A stretch of DNA of 64,000 bases from Lama glama (taxonomy: Eukaryota), in contig CM052816.1 of assembly GCA_028534125.1 (NCBI GenBank), positions 97,280,001-97,344,000 of the forward strand. The letters run 5' to 3'. Shown here one piece after another: positions 23,881-36,311 of the stretch (position 1 is the stretch's first letter; each line of letters starts with the position of its first letter). Made by a program: the position numbers and the translations under genes. The notes below the pieces were generated by a model that worked only from the letters and a program-made list of their open reading frames with translations, was not told the origin of the DNA and ran no database searches.

Positions 23881-26859
23881 CAGACATATCACAGCGTCTT
23901 ATCAACTGGCTCAGTCATCAGTGAGCGGACAGAGGATATCTAAAGAAGGAATGTTAATTCCACGTAGTTCATATAAATGCAGTTTTCAATTGGATATCAC
24001 AAACGTGAACTGGATCACCGCCACTGGGACCTTCTGCGGCACAAGAGTCAAGTCTAATTTCTCAGGACCATGCTCAGACGGGCAACACAGTACTTACAGA
24101 ATGATATTCATCGATACTCTTGGGGACAGAGATTTTTACATCCAGGACATTGTTAATGGTTAACTTTCTCACTAGTAAGTACAGGGATATTTTATAACAA
24201 AATTGGGATATATTATTTCTGAACTTCAAAAAAATCACTTCTTGGTCATTTTCACAGAAACCAAGAAGGTTTGGGTTACAGTTTGAACCGTCAGAAAGTT
24301 CTGGGCTGTCATTCAAGGGAAAGGTGACCCATCAGGTCACCAGAGAGAATTTTGGACACATCCACTGCGGGGAGGGCTTAATCTGCATCCTCCCGTTTGG
24401 AACATCCTGCCGGAATGTGGAGGCAGGACGTCAAGGGTTCTATTGGCAAAGAGCTTCTGAGCACCGAGAAACAAGGCAGAGCAACACCGCAGCCGCTGGG
24501 CGAGGACATTCGGAGTCCCAGGGAGGCAAGCTCTGGACTAAAGGACGGGCAGCGGAGGTGCTCCAGGCAGACTCTGGTGAAGCAGGAGCTGGGTCTGTCC
24601 GGGACACTGCAGATATTAGCTGGAGAGAGGTGTCTGTGCGCCCGTGTGCTCCCCAGTCTCCTGTCCAGGAACTACATACAACTAATGCTCCTGCACGATG
24701 AGAAATTTGACAGCAAGACAGTCAGCCTACTTCGTAAGGCCCTAAAAATGAGAAATGGTCACTTAAAAATTAGACTATCACAAGTTGGCCAAAAGAGTCC
24801 TAACCGCTTGGAAAGACCTATTTAGATTTCAGAAGCGATGAAGCAAAGACCCAGCACCCAAGGAGCACTTGCTCGTGAGAGGGTCTGTCCTTAGCACGTT
24901 GCAGAAACCTATGCGCATGAGACCCAGGTTTGGGAACCTGTCCTGTTGTTTCCATGTATTCTCTGCACGGTCCCGTGGTCTTCAGACTTGGTCACATGAC
25001 TTGTGGTGCCGTTCCTGTGAAGGGAACTGTAATTTCTCTTTTCAACTAAAACAAAGTTTGACCAAAGACTTATCAGAAAAAGTGATCTGAGCCACTTGCG
25101 AGCAGAAGCTGTAAGTGCCCATGCACGACTGCCCTCTCTCACCCCCAGCCGTCGTGAGCCCAGCAACGTTCTAGATGAGAAGAACCCTTCAGACCCCAGA
25201 CTGAAGGTGCAGTGGGGGTGCAGTGAGGGCTACAGCCCGTGTGCAGGAGGGGATGTGAGCAGGAGCACAGCCCTGCCGGCAGTCCCTGAGACCCAGGGTC
25301 ATTTGTTACAGCAGCACGACCTCACCTACTCTGGCTACCACGCCAGGTTCACAGCACCCACAGTCCTTACAGGAATTATAAAATAATTCCGACAAGACAG
25401 AGCCCTTAACTGCTAAGTAACACTGCTGGCTTTATGAGTGCCTTTCCAACTGTGTTTTTCCCCCCAGTATTGTTGTCCTCGCCCACAAAGCCACCGCCTG
25501 TCATCACGTGCTGCCGACTGCAGACGCAGCGAGAGCCGTTCAGCCCGGGGCCTTCAGCGCAGATGAGCGCACTCCGCCTGCTACCTCTCCTCCCGGGGCA
25601 GGCGACGAAGGCGGACGAGTAAATATTATGGCCGCATGTTCATTTTTAATTTCATACAGCTTATTTATAGGCAAACTATATATAGCTTGGGGATTGTAGG
25701 CCAGTTGCCAAGGAGATTCTTTAGGTCCCAAGGTCTGGGCCTACAGTCTTGACTTGCCCGTACTTGCAACATATTTCCAGTGATTAAAGTGCTTGAGCCC
25801 AAAGAAAGATTTCAGATCCACTGCTACTCAGAAGAGGTGGTGAAGCTACTGGCAAAGGCTGAGGCTCTAACAGCTTGCTCTGAAGGCACAGAATAATTGT
25901 GCAGGAGCCACTGTGCAGGATGCAAATAGAAGCAGTTTAAGCAAAGAGCCGTACAGCCCACGTGGCATACACGCTCCCGGGGTCGACAGGCTCCCAGCTG
26001 TGCTAAGTGAAACCCACGGCCAATCTGCATCTTTCCCACAGTGATTTCTGCACAGGATTTTACTTTCTCACCCAGTGTCAAATTATTTGCTTTTATATTT
26101 TGAGGTAAATTACATATAATGTATAATACACAAGTATATTTAAATAGATTCATTATGATTAGGTAGGTAATGCTAACCTTTTCTCTGAGAAAAATCAGTT
26201 TGTAAAGAAGTCATTGATGGAGACAAACTTGAGTTGCTAATCTTTGAACTTCCTGGACATAACTGTCTTTCTAATTTAGAAATACCACTTTGTTTAATTT
26301 GCTTCATTTGTTCCCTACAAGAAAATGAAAGCAGTTTCACAAGTGCTGTTTCTGGCTGCCAGGTCCAGCCACGAGGTGGGCACATGACAGTCTCCCCAGC
26401 AGTGGTTTCATTTTAGCCGTGAGGATCCCAGAGAAGAATCTGAGGCTTTAAGAAACTTCCTTCTATGGAATTCAGGAAGACAGAGCGCCTTGGTGGGGAG
26501 CAGGAGACTGTGCGACACGGTCCTTGAACTTGCCCAGTGACACAGTGCACCAGGAGGAAGACCTCTGCCTGCGGTCCCCCTGCGGAGGGCGGGGTGGGGA
26601 GGGCAGGGGAGGGGCCACCGCATTTTCAGAAACTAAAGCAACTGAAAGCAGAAAGCAGGTCAACACCACCTGACATCCCTGCAAAATGCTGCGTGTCAGC
26701 TCTCAGTGGGGACAGGTCATAATCCACCCGCTCAGGTGGAGGGACGCCAGGCGAGCCACTGATGAGAGGAACAAGAAGACAGGCCAGCTCAGAAGCTGTC
26801 CAGTTTCAGGGGCTTATGAGAAATGCCTAGAAAGTGCTCCTTTGTGCTTGTGCCACAGA

Positions 26860-27180
26860 ACCAGGGGGCTCTGGTTGTTCCCCAGGCACGCCCGCCTGTC
26901 CACAGGTGCCCTTGCGCAGCTGAGACTCGAAGCAAGACCTGGACCAGGATCTACTCCGGGAAACCTTCCAGGATCCCCCGGACTGGCTGAGGGGCTCCGT
27001 GCTCATGCTGCCCAGCGCCCCCCAGCTCCCACACTCAACTCCAGCAGCACGGAAATCTCGCTACCATAACTATCTGAGCATCTGTCTCGTTCAGTTCCCG
27101 GAGTTCCCGGAGGACAGAGCATCGTTGCCAACCCAAGTCTCTACCAAAGGGGCACCTGATGAGAGAATGAATAAAACGAG
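26860..27180 (+). mobile_element. L2 3' fragments
   Basis: gttcccggaggacagagcatcg...gatgagagaatgaataaa, with an L2-like terminus. Confidence 0.4.
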
Positions 27181-27354
27181 GAAGCCAGGGGCTCCAGCTC
27201 TGGAAGACCTGGATTCACCCACACCCAGCGGTGACACGCCAGCCCTTCCCTTGAGGAGACGTCCTACAAACATGCACCTTCTTCCCGAGCAGCAGCAGCA
27301 AGAGGTGTTAACCATTTGGGGGGCTGCAGAAACAGCATGCTCTGAGGCAGATCG

Positions 27355-27560
27355 CAGCCCCACACGCCCACGAAGCTTACAGTTGAGCAGGTGAGAGACA
27401 CGGAGCAAATACAAAAGGGAACAGGCACTAGGAGTGATGTGACGTCCTCTATGACAAATACACAGAGGTTCCGGAGAGCGAATGGAGTCCTACTTGGGTG
27501 ACGGAGAAGTCAGTTTCTCCAGGGAGGTGCTGAGACCTGAGGAAGGGGAAGGAGGCCGGT
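27355..27560 (-). mobile_element. L2 fragment
   Basis: gcccacgaagcttacagttgagcaggtgagagaca...agtcagtttctccagggaggtg. Confidence 0.5.
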
Positions 27561-27644
27561 GAAGAGCTTCCCGGAATATTCTGGAGTGTCCCGGAGGTGG
27601 AGCCTGACTGCACAGCGGGTGAGGGAAGGGCCAGCGCTGGCCGT

Positions 27645-27870
27645 GGGCACAGGAGCCTGGATTGGAATCCCAGCTCCGCCACCTACACGCCGGGTGTGGC
27701 CGTGGGCAAGTCACTTAGTCTCTCTAAGTCTCCGTTTTTACATCCGGAAGAAGGTGGGAGGAATTTTATTACCGGGATTAAGTAAGATGAAAATGTTAAG
27801 TACCTTGGATTAAATAAAATGAAACATGTTAAACACAGTCAGCCTTAAGTAAATGCTGTTGGCAATCATT
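27645..27870 (+). mobile_element. MIR (near full length)
   Basis: cctggattggaatcccagctccgccacctac...tgtggccgtgggcaagtcacttagtctctctaagtctccgttttt...gggattaagtaagatgaa. Confidence 0.8.
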
Positions 27871-28925
27871 TTATGATTGCCATTGTATTTTTTTTTCCTG
27901 CATCATCATTTATTCAAGCCCCGCTCCGGGCAGGGCACCGTGACAATGAAGACCTAAGGGAAAATGCTAGATGAACCAGATTTCTCTTCTGTCCTGTGTA
28001 GGGAAGACCATGGGGACCAGTGCGGGGAAATGTGAGCTTAACTGGTGTTTGTTCAAGGCATTTCACACCTACCGATGGGGGGAGTCTCTACGGCGCATTA
28101 TTTTATACGTGAAAGGCAGCCGTGAGAGCAGGAAGGAGGCTTATCTTTGATAAGTAGATCCTAAGACAGCAAAGGTGAATTTCTAGCACTGGTTCTGGAA
28201 AATAATCATTCGGAGGCAGAAATTTCCTCAAGCTTTTGCAATGACTCCCTCTGCAAAGACCGAGTGCACAGACCTCACTTGAAACAGCCATGGTGGGTCC
28301 GATAACACGTGCAACCTCCAAACCTGCAGTCACCATGGCTGAGCCGCGCGGCAGGCGGGGGTCACGGGGAACTGCGCTGGCAGAGAGGGACAAATGCGCA
28401 AAAGGGCTGCTTATCAGCGGGGGTGGAGGGACCATGCGGAAGGATTATGATGCCCACCACGTCACCGTCCAAATGACCTTCGGGGAGAAGCAACTGCCCT
28501 TCAAACAGGCAGGCCAAGTTCTCCAAGTACAGAAACTTGGATGCATTTAAAATGAATATAGTAGAAATGCATCGCTCTCCTGAGCCCTGACTTTTGTGAC
28601 CACTTGGGTTGGGTGGGGTGGATCTGGACAAGGCGTTTATTCTCTAGAAACTTCTCTGAGCCTCCAGAACAGAATGAGCGTTTATTCCTCTGCTTCACAG
28701 GCACAACCAGGTCTTCCTTTAACAGGGAGGTGAGCGTCCCCTGATTTTAAAGCAGCCAGCACACCAGCAGGAAGGTGGCTCTCTAATAAGCTACTCTTCT
28801 TTTCCAGGTAAAGATGAGAAAGGCAGAAAGGCCGGTGGACACTGACCTCGGGAGCTACATCAGCACGGTGCACAGGAGCACCATACAAAGGGCTATGGAA
28901 GGACACCTGGGGGGGGGTGTGCGTC

Positions 28926-29522
28926 TGCAGTAGCCAGCTGCCTAGATGGCCGCACCGGTCCCCACCTACTGCAGCTCACACCCCTGTGCCACCCCCTCCC
29001 CCCTGCTGTGGGCTGGACCCTGTGACCTGCTGCAGTGACCAGACCGTGAAAGGGTCATGGGTCAGATGTCACTTCCAAGATGAGCTTACAAAGACTGTGA
29101 CTTTGCCTTGCTCTTTGTTTCTCTCTTGCTGACACTCTGTTTCCTGTCCCTTGTTTGCTCTGAATAAGCCAGTGGCCATGTTGTGAGCTGCCTTATGGAC
29201 ACAGCCCAGGAGCAGGAAACTCAGCGAGGCCACCAGCCAACAGCACATGAGAAACTGAGGCCATCAGACCAGCAGTCTGCGAGGAGCTGAATCCTGCCAA
29301 CCACGTGAGTGAGCTCGGGTCCGTCCCCAGCAGGTCTCAGGATGTCTCTGTCCTGACCAGCACCTCAACCACAGCCTTCAGACAGACCTAGAGTCAGAGG
29401 GTCCAGCAAGGCTGTGCTCGAACCCCTGACCCATAGAAACTGTGAGACGGATAATAAATGTTGCTTTGAGCCACTAAATGTGGGGGGAAGGAATTTGTTA
29501 CACAGTTATAGATGACTACTAC
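28926..29522 (+). mobile_element. ERVL-MaLR solo LTR, MLT1F-like
   Basis: gatgtcacttccaagatg...gccatgttgtgagctgccttatgga...gagctgaatcctgccaaccacgtgagtgagct...cctgacccatagaaactgtgaga...gagccactaa...atttgttacacag. Confidence 0.85.
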
Positions 29523-29525
29523 TAC

Positions 29526-29553
<28 letters not shown>
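29526..29553. repeat. (CA)14 microsatellite
   Basis: Perfect CA run. Confidence 0.97.
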
Positions 29554-29556
<3 letters not shown>

Positions 29557-30166
29557 ACTCAGGAATGAAGGAACTGAGAGGCCAAGTTAGAGAAGCAGGG
29601 GTAAGGCCACCCAAAGATTAGAGACAGAGGAAGCCCACCGCCCCCCTACCCCAGACCCAGGCTGGAGGGAAAGAGACGGGGCTGATGTTAGCAGAGCCTA
29701 GAGGTTATTAAAAGAACCAAACTGGTCCTGTCCGTCAGAAGCTGGCACCACAGAGAAGCAGCAACTTTGAAGGCAAAAAGAGAAGTCGTGTTATGGGTTT
29801 TCCCTTCCAACGTCTCCCAGACTCCTGCCGGTGCTGGTGTGGGGCCTGAAGCACACTCTGGTCAGCCCCTGCGATGCAGAGCAGAGAGAACGCAAGGGAG
29901 AGGATGGGGCAAACAGGCCACCCCGGTGGCCCTGGGCACACCCCGTCAACCACTCTGGAGCCCCTGTGCTCTCTCCTTGGGCATCCGTCTCAGGTTGGAC
30001 TCCCAGATTTAACCCAGTTTTCCTTTACTGGTGATTCCCCTTTCTCATGTCTTCCTGTGAAGGGACTTCCCTGGAAATGCTCCCCATCACTGTTCCCTGG
30101 TTCTACTGACTCCTCCTTGCAGAAGAGAGTGATGGGACAGGTGAGACTGGAGAAGGGGCTGGCCTA

Positions 30167-30637
30167 TGTGATGGGCTGAGCGATGCCTTCCCCCAAGACG
30201 TCCACGTCCTAATCCTCATTGGTGGGCTGAGCCGTAGCCCAAAGACACCCACATCCCAGTTCTCAGCACTTGTGAACGCAACCTCCCAGGGAAAAGGGAC
30301 TGTGTAGATGGGACTGAGGTAGAGATCCTGCGATGAGGAGAGTATCCTGGAGGGTCCAGGTGGGTCCAGTAAAACAGCAATTTTTTAAGTAGGGGCACAG
30401 AAGGATCAGAGAGGAAATAGGAGATAGAAGCAAGAGGTTGAGATGATGTAGGAAGTGAGCATCTTCTGGAAGCTGGAAAAGGCCAGGAGATGGATTCTCC
30501 TATAGAGCCTTCAAGAGGTTACCCTCCGGCCAACACCTTGACTTTACCCCCAATGAAACCAATTGCATCCTTTTGGCCTCCATTACTGTGAGAGAATAAA
30601 ATTATGCTGTTTACAACAGCCATAGGAAACCAGTGCT
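30167..30637 (+). mobile_element. ERVL-MaLR solo LTR, MLT1D-like, with duplicated 5' segment
   Basis: tgtgatgggctgag...ccaagacgtccacgtcctaatcc...ggaagctggaaaaggccaggagatggattctcctatagagcct...gccaacaccttgacttta...cagccataggaaac; TSD gccta/gcctg. Confidence 0.85.
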
Positions 30638-30949
30638 GCCTGCTCACCTGGGCCAGTCCTCTCCGGCTCTGGGGCTCTGCCTGCCGCAGGGAGCGCGGCT
30701 GCCGACGGGCGGGCTGTGTGTGCTGGGGAAGGGGTCCAACCACGGAGAGGAGCAGAAAGGATAGAGTGAAGTGTAAGCAAACCCACTTGCTCTGAGGTGT
30801 GATGGAAGTCTTTTTATCTCTGTTTGTCTGAGTCCTGAGTGTACCTCTCAGCTGGTTTTGAAAGAAGAGAAATCTAATACGGTATGTGTTTCTGAAACTT
30901 CAACCAGCTTCACGTGTGGGAGAGGAATCGGTAGCTACTGCAATGGTAT

Positions 30950-31038
30950 AAACGACATATGTAGATAGATAGACAGACATCTATATATATATTTATGTCC
31001 TAATGGTTCTGTTTTCATGGAGAAAACTGTCTAAAACA
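30950..31038 (+). mobile_element. MLT2 (ERVL) LTR 3'-end fragment
   Basis: atatatttatgtcctaatggttctgttttcatggagaaaactgtctaaaaca resembles the MLT2 terminus cctattggttctgtttctctggagaaccctgactaataca. Confidence 0.65.
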
Positions 31039-31039
31039 C

Positions 31040-31937
31040 TCCTGTTAACACAAATCAAAAGAAAGCTGCGATAGTCATATTAACTTTGATAAAGTAGACT
31101 TCAGAACAAGGAAGATTATCAAGGATAAAGGGTGACATTACATAATGGAAAAGGGTGAATTCTCCCAAAATACACAGTAACCCTAAATGCAGATGCAGCA
31201 ACAGTCAAAATACACGAGGCGAAACTGGCAGAACTGAACGAACAGACAAACCCACTGTTACAGTCGGTCATTTCATGTCTCTCTCCTGGCAGAAAATCAG
31301 TTAGAGTAAAAAGGACTTGAACCACATGATCAATCGATCTGGCCTAGTTGACATTTATAGAACACACCCTTTCAAAACGGGAGGAAACATGTTCTCAGAA
31401 TCACATGGAAAATTCACAACAGCCCACAGCCTGGGCGACAGAACCAAGGGTAAAAATTTAGAAGACCAGAAGTCATGCCCATCAGGCCAGGAAAGGATGA
31501 ACCTAGAAATCGGCAGCAGGGAAGCAGATGGAAGATCCTCCACGTATTTGGAAATTAAACAATATACTTCGAGATAACCAATCAGACAAAAGAGAAGTCT
31601 CAAGGGAAATTTTAACATGTTTTAAACAAAATGGAAACAAAAATTCCACCTATCAAAATCTGTGAGATGCAGCAAACACAGTGCTTAGAGGGAAACTGAC
31701 AGCATGAAACTCGAAAATTAGAAAATGAGGAAGATCTGATATCTGTGCCATACGACTTCATCTTGGACAAGAAGACAAAGAAGAGAAAAACACAAAGCAA
31801 GCAGAAGGAAAGAGATGACAGAATTAGAACAGAAATTAATGAAATCACAATCAGGAAATGACAGAGACTGTCAGGAAAAATAAAATCTGGTTCTTTGAAA
31901 AGAACAATAAAATTGATAAACTTCTATCTGGGCCAAC
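31040..31937 (+). mobile_element. Old L1 ORF2 5' region (endonuclease domain), decayed
   Basis: aaatcaaaagaaagctg...gataaagtagacttcagaacaagg...gacatttatagaacacaccc...gtgagatgcagcaaacacagtgcttagagggaaa...ggttctttgaaaagaacaataaaattgataaac; multiple stops and frameshifts. Confidence 0.85.
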
Positions 31938-32371
31938 AATCTTAGAACAACTGGAGAGACTTACCACGTATTTGTTTTATGTGCTGCAGTATCTCTGCAT
32001 TTAAAAGAATTACACTATCCCCGCTTCCCAGATGGATCATTGAATCAGCTGGAGTCTAAAAAACAGTGTAGTGGTAACAAGTAAATTGACAGATGCCAGG
32101 CGGTCACTAAGCCTACACTTTTGGCCACTGCCCCTGGATGGTAAGCCCGGGACAATCCCATGGAGGGACCAAGGAGGCGGACCTTAAGGTTGGGCGCCTG
32201 GGTGGCAGCGCTGTTGCCTGCACATCAGTACAGGCTTTACTGAGCCACACTCGATCCTGATTTGATTTTGATTCTGATACTCGATTCCGATCTTCAAGGG
32301 TCATTCAGGGTAAACTGATTATAGTTCTTCTTGAGTTTTTTGCTTCTTCTTCATTAAAAAACAAACATAGA

Positions 32372-32674
32372 CAAAACAGAAACAGACTCATAGACATAGA
32401 CAACCTTGTGGTTGCCAAGGGGGTGGGGGATGGGAAGGGACAGACTGGGAGTTTGAAATTTGTAGCTACTGACAGGCATATGCAGAACAGATAAACAAGA
32501 TTATACTGTATAGCACAGGGAAATGTATACAAGATCTTGTGGTAGCTCACAGCGAAAAAAAAATGCGACAATGAATATACGTATGTTCATGTATAACTGA
32601 GAAATTGTGCTCTACACTGGAATTTGACACAACATTGTAAAATGACCATAACTCAATAAAAAAAAAATTTTTTT
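32372..32674 (+). mobile_element. Young camelid L1 3'-UTR tail
   Basis: cagactcatagacatag...tactgacaggcatatgcagaa...caagatcttgtggtagctcacagcg...ctcaataaaaaa; ~16-bp TSD aaaaaa(c/a)aaacataga at a TT|AAAA site. Confidence 0.93.
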
Positions 32675-32954
32675 AAAAAAAAAACATAGAAAGCAAGAAG
32701 AAAGAGAACTCCACGAGATTTTTGCCTGCATCTGGGAAGAGATCATGTGGCAGTGTTTCTGGTGGGAGCCCACAGTCAGTCCTTCTCTAAGTGGACTTTC
32801 TCAGCACTGTCCTGGAACTAATGCTGAGCCCCATTTCACAGCCACACCACCACCAGAAACCTTGTACCTCTCAGGGGGCCACAATCTGTTCCCTTTCATT
32901 ATCTCACAGAACAGTTTTCACATAGATGCTCTGCGTGTTGTTTACATAATCACG

Positions 32955-33130
32955 AAAGAGCAGAGCTGGAAGGGAAATTAGGACCATTTTCTCCAAACCC
33001 CTCATTCCACAGATTAGGGTGTTTGCCTGGGGAGGGTGGTGGGAGGGACTGGAGTCATAAGGCTCCTGCCTTCGTGGTGGAGCTGGGTCCGGAGCCCACG
33101 TCCCCTCATTCCCAGCTCAGGCCTCTCTTC
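32955..33130 (-). mobile_element. MIR3/MIR fragment
   Basis: agagctggaagggaaattaggaccattttctccaaacccctcattccacagat. Confidence 0.5.
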
Positions 33131-33174
33131 TTTGTCCCTGTTTGTATCTTCTCACTGTGACTGTCACAAAGGTG

Positions 33175-33655
33175 ATTTTTTTTTAAATGGAAGTATAGTC
33201 AGTTTACAATGCTGTGTCCATTTCTGACGTATAGCATAATAGTTCATACATATACATACATGTGTTCCTTTTTCACTATAGTTACTACAAGATATTAAAT
33301 ATAGTTCCCTGTGCTCTACAGTAAGACCTTGTTGTTTATCTGTTTTATATATAGTTGTTAGTATCTGCAAATCTCCAACTCCCAGTTTATCCCTTCTCAC
33401 CTCCATTCCCCCCCGGTAACCATGTTTGTTTCTTATGTCTGTTTCTGTTTTGTAAATAAGTTCATTTATGTCTTTTTTTTTTAATTCCACATACAAGAGA
33501 TATCATATGGTATTTTTCTTTTTATTTCTGGCTCACTTTACTTAGAATGATGATCTCCAGGTCCATCCATGTTGCTACAAATGGCATTGTTTTATTCTTT
33601 TTTATGGCTGAGTAATTCCACTGTATAAATACACCACAATTTCTTTATCCAGTTA
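33175..33655 (-). mobile_element. L1 3' end, cetartiodactyl/camelid type
   Basis: gaagtatagtcagtttacaatg...atattaaatatagttccctgtgctctacagta...gatctccaggtccatccatgttgctacaaatggcatt...ttctttatcca. Confidence 0.9.
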
Positions 33656-36107
33656 TGTACACAGAGGCCTGCTTCACAGATATATAACTGGTTGTCAGTA
33701 GGAGGAATGGTTCAACCTTAGGCCTTGAAAAGACCCATTCTTTTGATAATGCTTTTCTTGTCTTTCATTTAAATTATAATGGGCCCTGTGTCAAAAATTT
33801 AAATCCTCCTCAGTCTGCCATTCAAGTCAAGAAAATCATCTAAGATTCCCCTTTCATTATGCGACTTCTGGGAAAGTGGAGTCTTCTATTAAATGGTTCA
33901 CAACAGTGGGGATGGGAGAAGGTGTCCAGAAAACCCCACAGTGGCTGGGGGCCTGGGCCTGAGTCCTACCTACACTTGCCATGCAGGCTGGGCACCTGGG
34001 AGCCCCCCTGCTGCCTCTCCCGGCCTCAGGCTCCTCTCTGCATGAGGGAGAGCTGTGGGAAGTGGACTGAGTCAAGATGCTTACAGTGCTTGGAAAAGCA
34101 GATGTGAGTTAACTTCATGCCAGTTAAATAGTAAATGTTCATCCATTAGTTACTATCAACCCATTTTACGGAAATGCATTTCTTAATAAAAGATATGAAG
34201 ACAAAGGTTTTTCTTTGGATACCATTATTTTGTTTTATGTGGATACACATCACACAGTCTTGCTTGCTTGGGAGAAGTAATCATCCTGCTTCAGTCTAAA
34301 CGAATCATACGCAACTTGCAGACAACTACAATCCTTAAAATTCTTTTTTCAGGAGAAATTCTGTTAGTTTATGCTTCTGTTTTGTTTGTTTTTTGTTTTG
34401 CTTTGTTTTTTGCTTATGCAGATCACCTTTTGACACTCATCTATTCAAAACAAATCTCATCTAAAGTGATCTGTCACATGTTCTCACTGGACAAAATTGC
34501 TTCTGGCTCTAAAGTCGACGTCGATCATATTCGGTATCTCCTCCAGATTCACGTCATCCCTGCTGCTGCAGGGCTGCTCTCAGAATCACCTCTGTCAGCA
34601 AACAAGCCTTTGATTTAAACTGTGCTTCAGGCAGAGGCAGGGATGACCCTGCAGAGTGCACCTGAACACTTCTTTTCACACTGACCTGGGAGGCAGTGGG
34701 CGCACTGGGCCTCCCTGCTCCGCTGGGGATGGAGCCACCGGGTGGCCCTGTGTTCCCAGACCACATTCCCCTTTCTTGTCCCGAAGACTCAGGCAGGATC
34801 TCACCAAGGGCCTTGCTAAAATACAGACACCTTCTGTCTCCAATATCCCGCAGTCTAACAGCCCACTGCATCTCCCAAGAGCATGTGTTCCCATCAGACC
34901 TTTAATAAATGGGAAAGAGTTTTGTATTCTCCTGAATATATTTTCATTTTACAAGACTTGCATTTCACACCATCTGCTGATCTGGGCACTTCTCTTGCTG
35001 CCAGTCAGCTTAAATTTTATTTTTAGATGGATGCCAGCTTTGGGCAGACCACGAAAACTCTGCAGGCTAAATTTTCAGACATTCTAAACAAAATATCTCA
35101 ACAATCTTTTAAGACCCCACGAGAGTGGACTGGGTCAGGAGCCAAAATCGCTGAGAATCACTTCGTGGTTATTTCACGAAAAGAAATGAAAACAGCTGCA
35201 AAGGGAAAGGGGTGAAATAACCAATGCTTATGTAAGCGCACCGCGCACGCCAGCGGGAGGGCGGACGATACAGGCAATCATATGTGAAGCACAGCATCGG
35301 GGGCATCCTCAGCCAAGAGAGCGACGCCAGACAGCTGAATACGCAGATTGCCGGGGAGCTCCCAAAGCACAGAATGAGAATCTTTAAGTACCTCTTCTCC
35401 TAAGAAGGTCTGATCTTCCCTTGATCCCTCCCTCCATTTGGACTTAGTAAGAAAGACGCGAGCCCAGGTAGGAATGAGGCAGAAATGTTATGACTCAAGG
35501 ACGCTTCAGTAAAACGTGCACTCTTATTTCACCAACAGCTGTCTGTCTTTTTAAAACAGAGACCCAGCCGGGACATGAGCTGGGAGAAGGGCTGACCAGC
35601 ACCTCCTGGGGTATTTTCATTCTGTTCTTTTGGAGATTCTCAGGGGGAAATGTTTAGCAGGACCCCGCAAGTTGAAAAAACACATAGGGCTTGGGATGCT
35701 GCATCACCCAGCCAGTTACACAGTGTCGAAAAATGTAACTGTCATGTGAAACCGGAAGAGTCTGCGCAGAATCCAGCAGATCACCCACAGGGCACAGTGG
35801 AAAGAAGAGCTGGAGAAGGATGAAAATCCTGGGTCTTGCAGTGGGAGCAGAGGTGTTGAGACTGACGAAATAAAAATTACCCTCACATTCCCCAGGGGTG
35901 TGACACAAGTGAGGCATTTCATGGGGCTCAGAGAACAAGACAGAGATATTTTTCTAAGAGAAACGGTAGCTTTGGAAGTTGCATATTATAAATGTCTGAA
36001 AAATAACAAATGATGTTTAAGTTAACAGAAATGTAATAGCAGGCATTTAAGAATTTTCTGGGGTGATAAATTATTGTAGTTGAAATGAAAACAAAGTTTC
36101 TAGTTAT

Positions 36108-36311
36108 TCTGGGATGGGCCTGTGTGCCAAGTCTGATTTTGTAAATAAAGTTTTACTGGATTGCAGCCACAGTCATTCGCTTGCACGTTGCCCACAGGTG
36201 TTCGAACACTGCAGCGAGCAGAGCTGAGTAGCTGCCACTGAGACCAGATGGCCCGAAAATTCGAAAATATTTACTCTGTGGTCTTTCCCAGAAAAAGACT
36301 GTGAACCCTTG
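36108..36311 (+). mobile_element. MER58A-like hAT MITE
   Basis: ttttgtaaataaagttttactggattgcagccacagtcattcg...gagaccagatggcccgaaaattcgaaaatatttactctgtggtctttcccagaaaaag. Confidence 0.85.

Noticed and set aside
26366..26385. CTCF-like motif ccacgaggtgggcac
   Set aside because: Mismatch at the conserved GGC core; not supportable without a PWM score or ChIP data.
27860..27882. Perfect 10-bp hairpin tggcaatcat-ttt-atgattgcca
   Set aside because: At a MIR tail, too short for a pre-miRNA, and roughly what chance allows in 64 kb.
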